A stretch of DNA of 64,000 nt, taken from Parvibaculales bacterium (GTDB taxonomy: Bacteria > Pseudomonadota > Alphaproteobacteria > RS24). The first letter of the stretch is position 1. Each line of letters starts with the position of its first letter. The DNA is taken from the NCBI GenBank assembly GCA_049611805.1, contig JBMZAX010000012.1:1088-65087 (forward strand), written 5' to 3'. The notes under the pieces were generated by a model. That model made no database searches, was not told the DNA's origin, and was given only the letters and a program-made list of their open reading frames with translations. Below are positions 31,013 through 41,042 of this stretch, piece after piece. A program made the position numbers and the translations under genes.

Positions 31013-31798
31013 GTGACCTATAAAGCTTTTGATTTGACGGGCAAAGTCGCGCTGGTGACGGGCGGCAATCGCGGCATCGGGCTGGGCATGGCAATGGCCA
31101 TGGCGCAGGCCGGAGCCAATATCGCCATTTGGGGAACCAATGAGGCAAATAATGCCGAGGCCGTCGCCAAGCTGAGCGGTGAAACCGGCGTTACGGCACA
31201 GGCCTGGCAGGTCAATGTGGCAGATGAAGACGCCGTGGACGCCGCCTTTGTCGAAACCGTTTCAGCCTTCGGGCGCGTTGACAGCGTGTTTGCCAATGCC
31301 GGCATCGGCAAGCTGGCCGGCGCATTTTCGCAAATGAACACGCAAGCCTATCGCGACGTGCTGGCGGTCAATCTTGACGGTGTGTTTTTCACCCTGCGCG
31401 CCGCCGCCCGCCATATGGTCGAGCGCGCCGAAGCCGGTGACCCCGGCGGGTCGCTTGTTGGCATTGCCAGCCTCGCCGCGATTGAGGGTGCGGCCCGCAA
31501 CCAGCATTACGCCGCCACCAAGGGCGCGGTCATCTCCATGATGAAAAGCATCGCGGTTGAACATGCCCGTTACGGCGTGCGCGCCAATGCAATCCTGCCC
31601 GGCTGGATAGCGACCGACATGACCGAAGGCGCGCAGAACAGCCCGGCCTTTGCCGATAAGGTCATTCCGCGCGTGCCCGCCCGCAGATGGGGCGAGCCGG
31701 AAGATTTCGGCGGCGTCGCGGTTTATCTGACCAGCAATGCCTCGGCCTATCACTCCGGCGATTTGTTCGTCATTGACGGCGGATATTCGATTTTTTAG
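31013..31798 (+). CDS. SDR family oxidoreductase (KduD / gluconate 5-dehydrogenase-like)
   Basis: VTGGNRGIG and YAATKGA (YxxxK). Start set to GTG 31013 preceded by GGGGAGAAGG; in-frame ATG 30971 is an alternative. The track start at 30506 is antisense to DUF192. Confidence 0.85.
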   Translation: MTYKAFDLTGKVALVTGGNRGIGLGMAMAMAQAGANIAIWGTNEANNAEAVAKLSGETGVTAQAWQVNVADEDAVDAAFVETVSAFGRVDSVFANAGIGKLAGAFSQMNTQAYRDVLAVNLDGVFFTLRAAARHMVERAEAGDPGGSLVGIASLAAIEGAARNQHYAATKGAVISMMKSIAVEHARYGVRANAILPGWIATDMTEGAQNSPAFADKVIPRVPARRWGEPEDFGGVAVYLTSNASAYHSGDLFVIDGGYSIF

Positions 31799-32784
31799 GC
31801 GTTCACGTCAATCACAACACGACCGCGGGTCTGACCGGCCAGAATTTTGCCACCCAGTTCCGGCAGGTCTGACAGCGTCGCCGTGCTGGTCATGGCGTCG
31901 AGCATGTCGAGGTCAAGGTCTTTTGCCAGCCGTGCCCATGCTTCCTGACGCAGGGCTTGGGGTGCCATCACACTGTCAATGCCGCGCAAGGTGACGCCGC
32001 GCAAAATAAACGGCATGACCGAAGCCGGCAGATCCGGCCCTTGCGCCAAACCGCAAGCCGCCACCGTGCCGCCATAGCGGGTTTGGGAGATGGCCGTTGC
32101 CAGCGTGTGACTGCCCACGGCGTCGACAACCGCGGCCCATTTTTCCGTATCAAGGGGGCGGGCCTCTCCGGAAAGTTCGGCCCTGTCGATAATGCGCGCG
32201 GCCCCCAGCTTGGTCAGATATTCCGCTTCGTCGGGGCGTCCGGTCGAGGCGACAACCTGATAGCCGAGCTTTGACAGCAATGCGATGGCAACACTGCCAA
32301 CGCCGCCTGCCGCGCCCGTTACCAGAACCTCGCCGGCATCGGTCGGCGTATCGGGCTCAATCGCCATAACGCACAACATGGCCGTATAGCCGGCCGTGCC
32401 GATGGCCATGGCGCGCGCCGCGGAAATATTGTCGGGGCGCTTAACGAGCCAATCTCCTTTGACGCGGGCTTTTTGCGCATAGCCGCCAAAATGAACCTCG
32501 CCAAGGCCCCAACCGTTCAAAACAACATTGTCGCCGGGCTGAAACTGGGCATTGTCGGAACTCTCAACAGTGCCGGAAAAATCAATGCCCGGTATCATCG
32601 GCCATGCGCGCACCACGGGAAACGCACCGGTCAAGGCCAGCCCGTCTTTGTAATTCAAGGTCGAGTGCGAGACGGCGACGGTCACATCACCCTCCATCAG
32701 CGCATCTTCGCTCATTTCAATGATTTCGTGCGACTGGCCGTCATCGGTTTTGTTCAAACGCAGAGCGCGGAATTTATCAGACAT
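31795..32784 (-). CDS. MDR-family NADPH:quinone / acrylyl-CoA reductase (YhdH/AcuI-like)
   Basis: 329 aa. STLNYKDGLALTG and VLVTGAAGGVGS are typical of the YhdH/YhfP subgroup. 4-nt convergent overlap with the SDR stop. Confidence 0.8.
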   Translation of the reverse strand: MSDKFRALRLNKTDDGQSHEIIEMSEDALMEGDVTVAVSHSTLNYKDGLALTGAFPVVRAWPMIPGIDFSGTVESSDNAQFQPGDNVVLNGWGLGEVHFGGYAQKARVKGDWLVKRPDNISAARAMAIGTAGYTAMLCVMAIEPDTPTDAGEVLVTGAAGGVGSVAIALLSKLGYQVVASTGRPDEAEYLTKLGAARIIDRAELSGEARPLDTEKWAAVVDAVGSHTLATAISQTRYGGTVAACGLAQGPDLPASVMPFILRGVTLRGIDSVMAPQALRQEAWARLAKDLDLDMLDAMTSTATLSDLPELGGKILAGQTRGRVVIDVNA

Positions 32785-32819
32785 GAATATTCTCCTTCAA
32801 AGGGGTAACTTGGTGAAAA

Positions 32820-34145
32820 TCAAATACCAAAAGCGATGGGCTGGCCGGTTTCGGCTGTTTCCAAAACGCCGTCCCACATGACGCGCTGGCCGCGCACCAT
32901 GGTGCCGACCGGCCATCCGCGCACCGATTTTCCGGTAAAGGGCGACCAACCGCAGCGGCTGGCAATCCAGTCTTCTTCAATCGTGCGGGTCGCGGCCAAA
33001 TCAACAAATGTCAAATCGGCATGATTGCCAATGGCAACCTCGCCCTTATCGGCCAAATTGAACAGGCTGCGCGCGCGGTAGCTTGTCAGAAAAACAAGTT
33101 TCGCCAGCGACAGCTTGCCGTCGGCCATATGGTTGAGCATGAGCGGCAAAAGCGTTTGCACGCCCGGCATGCCGGCCGGCGAATGGGGATAGGCATCGGC
33201 CTTTTCTTCGCGCGTATGGGGTGCATGATCCGAGCCGATGACATCGACAATGCCCTGCTCCAGCGCTTTCCACAAAGCCGCGCGGTGGCGACCTTCGCGA
33301 ATGGGCGGGTTCATCTGGGCAAATGTGCCAAGCTCTTCATAAGCCTCCGGCGCGGCCAATGTGAGGTGTTGCGGGGTAACTTCAACAGAGGCGATATCGC
33401 GATTGGCGGCGAGTATCTGCATTTCCTCTTCCGTGCTGATATGCAGAACGTGAATATTTTTTCCCGCTTCGCGGGCAAGCTTCACAAGCCGCCGCGTGCT
33501 GCTGATGGCCGCTTCCGCATCGCGCCAGACTGGGTGGGTTTCGACCTTGCCGGTTTCGGCCAGATTGCGTCTTTCACGCAGGCGAAACTCATCTTCGCTG
33601 TGAAACGCCGCGCGCCGCCGGATGAATTTCAAAATATCGGCCACGCCATCATCATCGGGCACCAGCAAATTTCCGGTCGATGAGCCCATGAAAACCTTTA
33701 CGCCGCACACGCCGGGCATTTTTTCCAGTTTCGGCAATTCAGCCGCATTTTCATGCGTGCCGCCGACATAGAAGGCAAAATCGCAATGCATGCGGTTGGT
33801 CGCGCGCGCCACCTTGTCCTCAACGGCTTCGGCTGTCGTGGTGGGGGGCTTGGTGTTGGGCATTTCAAAAACGCCCGTCACGCCGCCCATCACGGCGGCC
33901 AGCGAGCCGGATTGCAAATCTTCCTTATGTTCAATGCCCGGTTCGCGGAAATGAACTTGCGTGTCGATGACGCCGGGCAAAATGGTGAGGCCGGTGGCGT
34001 CAATATGCGCGCGCCCCTGATCGGCGCTGACATCTCCCAGCGCTGCAAAGCGCCCGTCCGTGATGCCGATATTGACCGCTTCGCTGGTCTCATGCGTGGC
34101 AAGCGTGCCGTTGGTTATGGTGAGGTCGTAAACCGATTCTGCCAT
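32820..34145 (-). CDS. pyrC: dihydroorotase (allantoinase-like class)
   Basis: 441 aa. PGVIDTQVHFREPG metal-binding motif, VIGSDHAPH, amidohydrolase fold. Confidence 0.85.
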   Translation of the reverse strand: MAESVYDLTITNGTLATHETSEAVNIGITDGRFAALGDVSADQGRAHIDATGLTILPGVIDTQVHFREPGIEHKEDLQSGSLAAVMGGVTGVFEMPNTKPPTTTAEAVEDKVARATNRMHCDFAFYVGGTHENAAELPKLEKMPGVCGVKVFMGSSTGNLLVPDDDGVADILKFIRRRAAFHSEDEFRLRERRNLAETGKVETHPVWRDAEAAISSTRRLVKLAREAGKNIHVLHISTEEEMQILAANRDIASVEVTPQHLTLAAPEAYEELGTFAQMNPPIREGRHRAALWKALEQGIVDVIGSDHAPHTREEKADAYPHSPAGMPGVQTLLPLMLNHMADGKLSLAKLVFLTSYRARSLFNLADKGEVAIGNHADLTFVDLAATRTIEEDWIASRCGWSPFTGKSVRGWPVGTMVRGQRVMWDGVLETAETGQPIAFGI

Positions 34146-34157
34146 GACTAAATTCCT

Positions 34158-35042
34158 TTACCTTTGATTAGCAAATGAAAAGGTGTTTGTCGTGGATTTT
34201 GCGCGCATTTCCGCCAAAAGATCCGTCAGCGCGGCAACATCACTGCCCGCATGCATTTCGTAAGGCACCGAAACATCTTCATCGCGCGCATCCAGCCGGA
34301 CGATATGGCGTGTTGCGGCCACCCATGCCATGCGCGCCGTCAACCGGTCGGTGCCGATGCACAGCGTGGCGCGACGCAAAAGCGCAGCCCGCACGCCGAC
34401 GGAAGCATCTTCAATGAGGCTCACCTGACCGGCCGGCAGATTGGCGGCAATATCCTGCATGCCCTGATGCGCCCGCGACGCGCCGATAACAGCCAGATGC
34501 CCGCCGGCATAAGGCCCGTCATGGCCCAGTAACAGCCATGCCAATTCGGCGTAATCGCGCCCTCTCCAGCGCGCGCGATAGGCCTCGGTGGGTGCAAAAA
34601 CAACCAGCGGCGCATTCGGTGCCAAAGTCGGCGGCAGTGGCACTTGCGTATCGGGGGCGACCCACAGGCAACCCGTTACCCGCCGCCCCGGACGCACCGG
34701 ATCGGGCAGCGAATAAAAATGTTCGGGCAGAAAAAAATAAAACCGGTGCCGCGCCCACAAAAACCTCGCAAAGCGCCCTTTATGGCCGTCGATCACCCGA
34801 TGCCAATATTTGCCGATACACGCGCGCATGATTTTGAACCAATCGCGCAAGCCCCCATGTTCGGCGCGCATATGGATGATTTTTTTGGCCGGCAGATCGG
34901 CGAAAAATTCCGCCGTCTGCGGTGTCGCGTAAATATGACAGACCGCGTTTTCATCTTCCTTGATACAACGCGCCAGCACGCCGGTTGAAATAAATGCCGC
35001 CAGCGGGTTGTCGGGCACAAAGAACAGTATTTTACGGGCCAT
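34158..35042 (-). CDS. hypothetical protein, weak resemblance to GT9 (heptosyltransferase-fold) proteins
   Basis: 294 aa ORF filling the gap between pyrC and ygfZ. N-terminal KILFFVPDNPLAAFISTGVLARCIKE and C-terminal LCIGTDRLTARMAWVAATRHIVRL recall the GT9 layout, but the motifs are degenerate. Function is not supported beyond that. Confidence 0.4.
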   Translation of the reverse strand: MARKILFFVPDNPLAAFISTGVLARCIKEDENAVCHIYATPQTAEFFADLPAKKIIHMRAEHGGLRDWFKIMRACIGKYWHRVIDGHKGRFARFLWARHRFYFFLPEHFYSLPDPVRPGRRVTGCLWVAPDTQVPLPPTLAPNAPLVVFAPTEAYRARWRGRDYAELAWLLLGHDGPYAGGHLAVIGASRAHQGMQDIAANLPAGQVSLIEDASVGVRAALLRRATLCIGTDRLTARMAWVAATRHIVRLDARDEDVSVPYEMHAGSDVAALTDLLAEMRAKSTTNTFSFANQR

Positions 35043-35152
35043 TTCCCCTCCACACTACAAACCGCGCGGGCATGGCGCAATGCCCTTCCAAAGCAAAGCC
35101 CCTGAATGGAAATGCCTCTTGAAATTCGCCGGCAAATAGGCACTTCTAGGGC

Positions 35153-35980
35153 ATGGCAATTTATCAAGCCCATCTTGAAAACAGGGCCGTACTCAAGGTG
35201 ACGGGTGCGGAGCGCGAGGATTTTCTGCAAAATCTTGTGACGCAGGATGTCACGCGCGCCCAGCCCCAAGCCGCGGCCCTGCTGACGCCGCAGGGCAAGC
35301 TGGCCTTTGATTTTATTCTTCAGCCGGTCGATGACGGCTACCTGATTGATTGCGCGGGCGACAGTGGCGAGGCTTTTGTCAAAAAACTGAATTTGTATAA
35401 ATTGCGCCGCAATGTGGAGATTACCCTGACCGACATGCCCGTTCAGGTGGTTTGGAGCGACACGCCGGACACGCAACTCTCTGGCATTGCGGGGTTTTTT
35501 GAAGACCCGCGCACGGCCCGTCTGGGCCTGCGGTGCCTGGGTGCAAGCCCTGCCGATCTGTCTGAATTCACCGCCGCAAAAGCTGAAAACTGGGCCAAGT
35601 TTCGCCTGTCGCTGGGCGTGCCCGAAGGCCCAACCGAAATGCCCCCCGGCAGTGTATTTCCGATGGAGTTCGGGTTTGAGCGCATGGGCGCCATTGATTT
35701 TCAAAAAGGATGCTTTGTCGGCCAGGAAGTCACCTCGCGCGTGCATCGAAAAGGGAGTTTGCGAAAGACCCTGCATCCGGCGGTGTTCGATGCCGCAGTG
35801 CCGCCGGCCGGTACACCGATTATGAGCGGGGACAGCAAAGTCGGCGAGGTCGTTGCGGGGCTGGACGGCCACGCGCTGGTGCTGGTGCGTACCGATGCCC
35901 TGAGTGATGCGCCCGCCGATGCCCCCGCCCGCCTGCAGGCAGACGGTTGCACTTTCGCGCTCCGGCCGGGGCTTTTTTAG
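35153..35980 (+). CDS. ygfZ: folate-binding Fe-S cluster repair / tRNA-modification protein YgfZ
   Basis: 275 aa. GcvT-like N-terminal half and the KGCFVGQEVTSRVHRKG signature (K-G-C-[YF]-x-G-Q-E). Confidence 0.8.
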   Translation: MAIYQAHLENRAVLKVTGAEREDFLQNLVTQDVTRAQPQAAALLTPQGKLAFDFILQPVDDGYLIDCAGDSGEAFVKKLNLYKLRRNVEITLTDMPVQVVWSDTPDTQLSGIAGFFEDPRTARLGLRCLGASPADLSEFTAAKAENWAKFRLSLGVPEGPTEMPPGSVFPMEFGFERMGAIDFQKGCFVGQEVTSRVHRKGSLRKTLHPAVFDAAVPPAGTPIMSGDSKVGEVVAGLDGHALVLVRTDALSDAPADAPARLQADGCTFALRPGLF

Positions 35981-35981
35981 C

Positions 35982-36004
35982 GGCGAAAAGCATTTTTTGC
36001 CTTT
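35982..36004 (+). terminator. weak terminator-like hairpin after ygfZ
   Basis: GGCGAAAA-GCAT-TTTTTGCC (8-bp stem including one G-U and four A-U pairs) followed by TTT. Thermodynamically weak. Confidence 0.25.
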
Positions 36005-36073
36005 GGACGCCGGTTTTGTCGAAATGGGAGATTTAGGGTACAGTGTCACGCCGTTGTCGGGAGGTATGAAGAT

Positions 36074-37198
36074 ATGACCAAGGTTCACATTACGGGCACG
36101 GGCCTGTTCACGCCGGAAGAATCTGTTTCAAACGAAGAGTTGGTCACAGCCTTCAATGCTTATGTTGAAAATTTCAATGCCGAACATGCCGCCGAAATTG
36201 AGGCCGGCACTGTCGAAGCGCTTGCCCCGTCCAGCGTCGAGTTTATTGAAAAAGCATCCGGCATTAAAAGCCGTTTCGTGATGAACAAATCGGGCATTAT
36301 CGACCCCGATATCATGTGCCCGCGCCTGGCCGAACGCAGCAATGACGAGCCTTCCATTCTGGCCGAAATGAGCGTGCTGGCGACCCGTCAGGCCATGCAA
36401 CAGGCCGGCATTGAAAGCACGGATATCGACGCCGTGCTGGTGGCATGTTCCAACCTGCAGCGCCCCTATCCGGCGATTGCGGTTGAAGTGCAGGAGCTTC
36501 TGGGCATTGACGGCTTCGGCTTCGACATGAATGTCGCCTGCTCGTCGGCCACTTTCGGCATCCAGACCGCCTATGACATGATCCGTTCGGGCAGCGCCAA
36601 ACGCGTGCTGGTCGTGAACCCCGAAATTTGCACCGGTCATCTGAATTTCAGAGACCGCGACAGCCATTTCATTTTCGGCGATGTGTGCACGGCGGTCATA
36701 TTGGAAGGCGATGATGTGGCCGCCAATGACAGCGCTTTTGAAATTGTCGATACGCGCCTCATCACCAAATTTTCAAACAATATCCGCAATAATTTCGGAT
36801 TTTTGAACCGCACCGCACCCGAAACCGTCAATGCCAAGGACAAGCTTTTTGTGCAGGAAGGCCGCAAGGTTTTCCGCGAGGTGGTGCCGATGGTGGCCGA
36901 GCTTATTGAACAGCATTTGAACGACAATTCTCTGACCGCCGGTGACTTGCGGCGCATGTGGCTGCATCAGGCCAATCGCGGCATGAATGATCTGATCGCC
37001 AAAAAAGTTCTCGGCCGCGACCCAAGCGATGCCGAGCAACCCACCGTGCTTGACGAATATGCCAATACGAGTTCAGCCGGGTCAATTATTGCCTTTCACA
37101 AACACAAAGAAGATTTCGACCCCGGCGAGCTTGGCGTGATTTGCAGCTTCGGCGCGGGCTATTCCGCCGGCAGCGTCATTGTGCGCCGACTGGACTGA
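36074..37198 (+). CDS. beta-ketoacyl-ACP synthase III family protein (long, ~370-aa form)
   Basis: 374 aa. Active-site Cys context NVACSSATFG, then WLHQANRGMN and SFGAGYSAG (Cys-His-Asn KAS III pattern). Confidence 0.85.
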   Translation: MTKVHITGTGLFTPEESVSNEELVTAFNAYVENFNAEHAAEIEAGTVEALAPSSVEFIEKASGIKSRFVMNKSGIIDPDIMCPRLAERSNDEPSILAEMSVLATRQAMQQAGIESTDIDAVLVACSNLQRPYPAIAVEVQELLGIDGFGFDMNVACSSATFGIQTAYDMIRSGSAKRVLVVNPEICTGHLNFRDRDSHFIFGDVCTAVILEGDDVAANDSAFEIVDTRLITKFSNNIRNNFGFLNRTAPETVNAKDKLFVQEGRKVFREVVPMVAELIEQHLNDNSLTAGDLRRMWLHQANRGMNDLIAKKVLGRDPSDAEQPTVLDEYANTSSAGSIIAFHKHKEDFDPGELGVICSFGAGYSAGSVIVRRLD

Positions 37199-37225
37199 CC
37201 GGCAATCGAAACGCGGAAAACTGCC

Positions 37226-38179
37226 ATGCAAGACCCAAGGCCCGGCGAACCGCAAATTCTCATCGACCTCAGCACCGCAATTATCGGCACCGATGGCGGC
37301 ACGTTTCAATGCCGGCTGGTGGAAGACGACACCGAGGTCAAACCCAACCGTCTGCCCTTCGGCCCGTTTGTGCCCGACCAGCACCGCACGATGGAAATTG
37401 GCCTGCGCCAATGGGTCGGCGAGCAGGTGGGGGTCGAGCTTGGCCATGTCGAGCAGCTCTATACATTTGCCGACAGGGGCCGCCAGCACACCACGCCGGG
37501 CGCGCCGCATGTTGTGTCGGTCGGCTATTTGGCGCTGACCAATCAGACCGGCGGCCAGACGCGGGCATGGCGCGATATTTACAATTTCTTTCCGTGGGAA
37601 GACTGGCGCGACGGCGAACCGTCCATGCTGGCCGATATCATCTATCCCGCGCTGGACAGCTGGCTGGCCCACCACGCCGAGCGGCGCGCCAGCGCGCGCC
37701 TTGCTTTCGGGCGCGACGGCCTGCCCTGGGGCGAAGAATATGTGCTGGAGCGTTATGAACTGCTCTATGAGGCCGGGCTTGTCGCTGAAGCCGTCGCCGA
37801 TGGTCGCGAAAATGCCGCGGCCCTGCCGGCCGTTCCCGGCGAAGCCTTACAGCTCGACCATCGCCGCATTCTGGCAACCGCTGTGGGCCGATTGCGCGCG
37901 AAATTGAAATATCGCCCGGTAATTTTCGACCTCATGCCGCAGACATTCACCCTGACCCAGCTGCAAAACACGGCAGAAACAGTGCTTGGCGTTACCCTGC
38001 ACAAGCAGAATTTTCGACGGCTTGTTGAAAAATCGGGCTTTTTGGAAGCCACCGGAAAAATGTCAAAGGCGCGCGGTCGACCGGCAGAATTGTTTAAATT
38101 TCGTCATCAGGAGCGCTCCGAACGCCCGCTTGCGGGCTTGCGTGTGTCGTCGGGCCGCGCGCGCGCTTCCGAGACTTGA
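37226..38179 (+). CDS. nadQ: NadQ (COG4111) Nudix-like transcriptional regulator of NAD biosynthesis
   Basis: 317 aa. Nudix-like N-terminal half and C-terminal winged-helix region (FTLTQLQNTAETVLGVTLHKQNFRRLVEKSGFLEATG...GRPAELFKF). Directly upstream of nadABC, as described for alphaproteobacterial NadQ. Confidence 0.75.
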   Translation: MQDPRPGEPQILIDLSTAIIGTDGGTFQCRLVEDDTEVKPNRLPFGPFVPDQHRTMEIGLRQWVGEQVGVELGHVEQLYTFADRGRQHTTPGAPHVVSVGYLALTNQTGGQTRAWRDIYNFFPWEDWRDGEPSMLADIIYPALDSWLAHHAERRASARLAFGRDGLPWGEEYVLERYELLYEAGLVAEAVADGRENAAALPAVPGEALQLDHRRILATAVGRLRAKLKYRPVIFDLMPQTFTLTQLQNTAETVLGVTLHKQNFRRLVEKSGFLEATGKMSKARGRPAELFKFRHQERSERPLAGLRVSSGRARASET

Positions 38180-38275
38180 GGCTCAATGCGGCAATCTGCC
38201 CGGAGGGTCGCTTGGCAATGCCTGTCGATTAGACCTTGCTTTTGTGCTGTGAAACCCCATATTCTAAGCAGGTAA

Positions 38276-38296
38276 TTATACTCATTTTGAGTATAA
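38276..38296. promoter_or_regulatory. candidate NadQ operator: perfect 21-bp palindrome TTATACTCA-TTT-TGAGTATAA
   Basis: Read directly at 38276-38296, abutting the first in-frame ATG of nadA (38297). AT-rich in a GC-rich context. A promoter-like TTGCTT (38236-38241)-N17-ATATTC (38259-38264) lies just upstream. Confidence 0.65.
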
Positions 38297-39388
38297 ATGA
38301 ATGGGGCGAAGATGTTTACACCAAGCCAAGACCTTATTGAGGCAGGCACCACCGGCGTGGCCGGACTGACCGGTGCGCGCATTTTGGAAGAAATGGACAT
38401 CAGCTACAGCGCCGGGCTTGCCAGCGACATGGCCCCCTTATACGCGCGCGTCGCCAGCGTCATTCCGTCGGTCGAATGGCCGTTTTTTGCGCCCTATATC
38501 AAGGCCATTAACGACCTCAAGCGCGAAAAAAACGCGGTGATATTGGCGCATAATTACCAGACACCCGAAATTTTCCACTGCATTGCCGATGTCGTTGGCG
38601 ACAGCCTGCAACTGGCGCGCGAAGCCGCCCGCGCCGAGGGCGATATTATCGTGCAATGCGGCGTTCACTTCATGGCCGAAACATCGAAACTTCTGAACCC
38701 CGACAAAACCGTGCTTATTCCGGATATGGGCGCGGGCTGTTCGCTGGCAGAATCCATAACCGGTGCCGATGTGCGCGCCTTGCGCGAGGCTTATCCGGGC
38801 GTGCCGATTGTGACTTATGTCAATACATCCGCCGCGGTGAAAGCCGAAAGCGATGTCTGTTGCACCTCATCCAATGCGAAGAAAATCGTCGAGGCAATGG
38901 GCACAGACAAGGTCTTGTGCATTCCGGATGAATTTCTGGCGCAAAATATTGCCCAGGAAACCGATGTCGAGGTCATTGCGTGGAAAGGCCGCTGCGAGGT
39001 GCATGAGCAGTTCACGGCAGAAGAATTGCGCCAGTATCGCGCCGATGATCCGGGGCTTAAAATTATCGCGCATCCCGAATGCGCGCCCAGCGTTTTGGGC
39101 GAGTCCGATTTTTCCGGTTCGACATCGGCCATGATTAAATGGGTCAGCGACAATCAGCCCGAACGTGTGCTGATGGTGACCGAATGCTCGATGAGCGACA
39201 ATATTGCGGTTGAAAATCCGGACGTTAATTTCGTGCGCCCGTGCAATTTGTGCCCGCATATGAAGCAGATCACCCTGCCAAAAGTTCTTGAAGCGCTGGT
39301 CTTTGAGCGCGCGGCTGTGGAGGTGGACGCCGATGTCGCCGAGCGCGCGCGCGCAAGCGTCGAGCGCATGATCGATTTAAGCTCGTGA
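38297..39388 (+). CDS. nadA: quinolinate synthase
   Basis: 363 aa. Conserved ILAHNYQ, FMAETSK and TECSM regions. The true start could be the second ATG at 38312 (MFTPSQ...). Confidence 0.95.
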   Translation: MNGAKMFTPSQDLIEAGTTGVAGLTGARILEEMDISYSAGLASDMAPLYARVASVIPSVEWPFFAPYIKAINDLKREKNAVILAHNYQTPEIFHCIADVVGDSLQLAREAARAEGDIIVQCGVHFMAETSKLLNPDKTVLIPDMGAGCSLAESITGADVRALREAYPGVPIVTYVNTSAAVKAESDVCCTSSNAKKIVEAMGTDKVLCIPDEFLAQNIAQETDVEVIAWKGRCEVHEQFTAEELRQYRADDPGLKIIAHPECAPSVLGESDFSGSTSAMIKWVSDNQPERVLMVTECSMSDNIAVENPDVNFVRPCNLCPHMKQITLPKVLEALVFERAAVEVDADVAERARASVERMIDLSS

Positions 39389-39395
39389 CCCGCGC

Positions 39396-41042
39396 ATGAG
39401 CTCTCCAAGCGCGAATATTATCGATGCCGGCGATGTGCTGATTATCGGTGCCGGGCTGGCGGGCCTGTTCACCGCGCTGAAGCTTGCGCCGCGCCAGGTC
39501 ACGGTATTGACCGGCGGCAAGCGCAGCAAAAGCGCCGCCAGCAATTGGGCGCAAGGCGGCATTGCCGCGGCACTCGCGCCCGGCGACAGTGTTGAAGCCC
39601 ACGCCCAAGACACATGCACCGCCGGTGCCGGATTGGTCGATCCGGCGATTGCGCGCCTCGTCACGGGCGAGGCTGCCGCGCGCATAAGCGACCTTGAAAG
39701 TTTCGGCGTGCGCTTTGATTGCGATGAAGACGGGGCCTATGTTTTTGGCCGCGAAGCCGCGCACAGTCACAATCGCATTTTGAGCATTTACGGCGACCGC
39801 ACGGGCCGCGAAATGATGTCGGCCCTGCATGCGCGTGCGGCGGCCACGCCGTCAATTGATTTTCTGGAAGGCTATGCGGCCTATGAGCTGGCCGTCGAAG
39901 ACGGGCGCGTGGTCGGTGTGTTTTCCCGCCCCGCCAGCCGGAACAGCCAGGCCGGGCCCATTCTCATTCGCGCGCGCGCCACGGTCATCGCCACCGGTGG
40001 GTCGGGGCATCTTTACGCCGTGACCACCAATCCCGCCTCGGCAAATGGCGAGGCACTGGCCATGGCGGCACGCGCGGGCGCGCAAATCAGCGACAGCGAA
40101 TTTGTGCAATTTCATCCCACAGCCCTGACCGGCATGGGTGATCCGGCACCGCTGGCGACCGAAGCCCTGCGCGGCGCAGGCGCCTATTTGGTAGACGCGC
40201 ACGGCCATCGCTTCATGGCGGATACGCATCCCGATGGCGACCTTGCACCGCGCGATGTGGTGGCCCGCGGGGTTTTCGATGCGCGCCAAAATACGGGCTT
40301 TGCCGGCTTGTGTCTGCACGGGCCGTCAACGGGTGATCTGGCAGACAATCTCGCACAGCGCTTTCCCACCATTCATGCAACTTGTGTGAAGCACAAGCTC
40401 GACCCCACCAATACGCCTCTGCCCGTCGCACCGGCCGCGCATTTCCACATGGGCGGCATTCGCACGGAAAGCCACGGTCGCAGCAGCCTACCGGGGCTTT
40501 GGGCCTGCGGCGAAGCCGCTTCAACGGGCGCGCATGGTGCCAACCGGCTGGCGAGCAATTCACTGCTCGAAGCCATTGTCTTTGGCGCGCGCATTGCCGA
40601 GGACATCAATAATATCGTGCCGCTGTCGAGCACGGCACGGCCCGCACCGCCACAGACCCGCATTGACGACGAAACGGACATTCATGCGCCAATTACCGCG
40701 CGGGTGCGCGCATTGATGGGCAATTATGTCGGCGTGCAACGCTCAAAAGACGGCCTTACCCGCGCATTGAGCGAACTGGTGCAACTTGAGCGCGCCGCGC
40801 AAGGGCTGGCACCCTTCGCAAATATGGTGCTCGCCGCGCAATTCATTGCCTATGCCGCGCTTGAGCGCGAAGAAAGCCGCGGCGGTCATTTCCGAAATGA
40901 TTTTCCGGGCGCGCTTCAAAGCGCCGAGCGCAATCACATCACGCTGGCCGATTTGCGGGCCGGTCTTGCCGGTCTGCCGCACGCGCCGGATGAACAATAT
41001 GATATCGCCGAAATGATGCGCAACGGACACCGTCATGCCTGA
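39396..41042 (+). CDS. nadB: L-aspartate oxidase
   Basis: 548 aa. FAD motif DVLIIGAGLAGL, ...GLWACGEAASTGAHGANRLASNSLLE. Confidence 0.95.
   Translation: MSSPSANIIDAGDVLIIGAGLAGLFTALKLAPRQVTVLTGGKRSKSAASNWAQGGIAAALAPGDSVEAHAQDTCTAGAGLVDPAIARLVTGEAAARISDLESFGVRFDCDEDGAYVFGREAAHSHNRILSIYGDRTGREMMSALHARAAATPSIDFLEGYAAYELAVEDGRVVGVFSRPASRNSQAGPILIRARATVIATGGSGHLYAVTTNPASANGEALAMAARAGAQISDSEFVQFHPTALTGMGDPAPLATEALRGAGAYLVDAHGHRFMADTHPDGDLAPRDVVARGVFDARQNTGFAGLCLHGPSTGDLADNLAQRFPTIHATCVKHKLDPTNTPLPVAPAAHFHMGGIRTESHGRSSLPGLWACGEAASTGAHGANRLASNSLLEAIVFGARIAEDINNIVPLSSTARPAPPQTRIDDETDIHAPITARVRALMGNYVGVQRSKDGLTRALSELVQLERAAQGLAPFANMVLAAQFIAYAALEREESRGGHFRNDFPGALQSAERNHITLADLRAGLAGLPHAPDEQYDIAEMMRNGHRHA

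Noticed and set aside
25655-35042. Possibility that the mixed stretch (MBL hydrolase, SDR, Sua5, VOC, SRAP, DUF192, SDR, AcuI-like, pyrC, GT9-like) is an accessory island or a novel multi-gene system.
   Set aside because: The genes alternate in orientation, belong to widespread housekeeping-type families, and include essential genes (Sua5/TsaC, pyrC). There are no integrase, transposase or tRNA flanks, no direct-repeat borders, and no visible compositional shift. There is no operon-like co-orientation that would tie them into one system.
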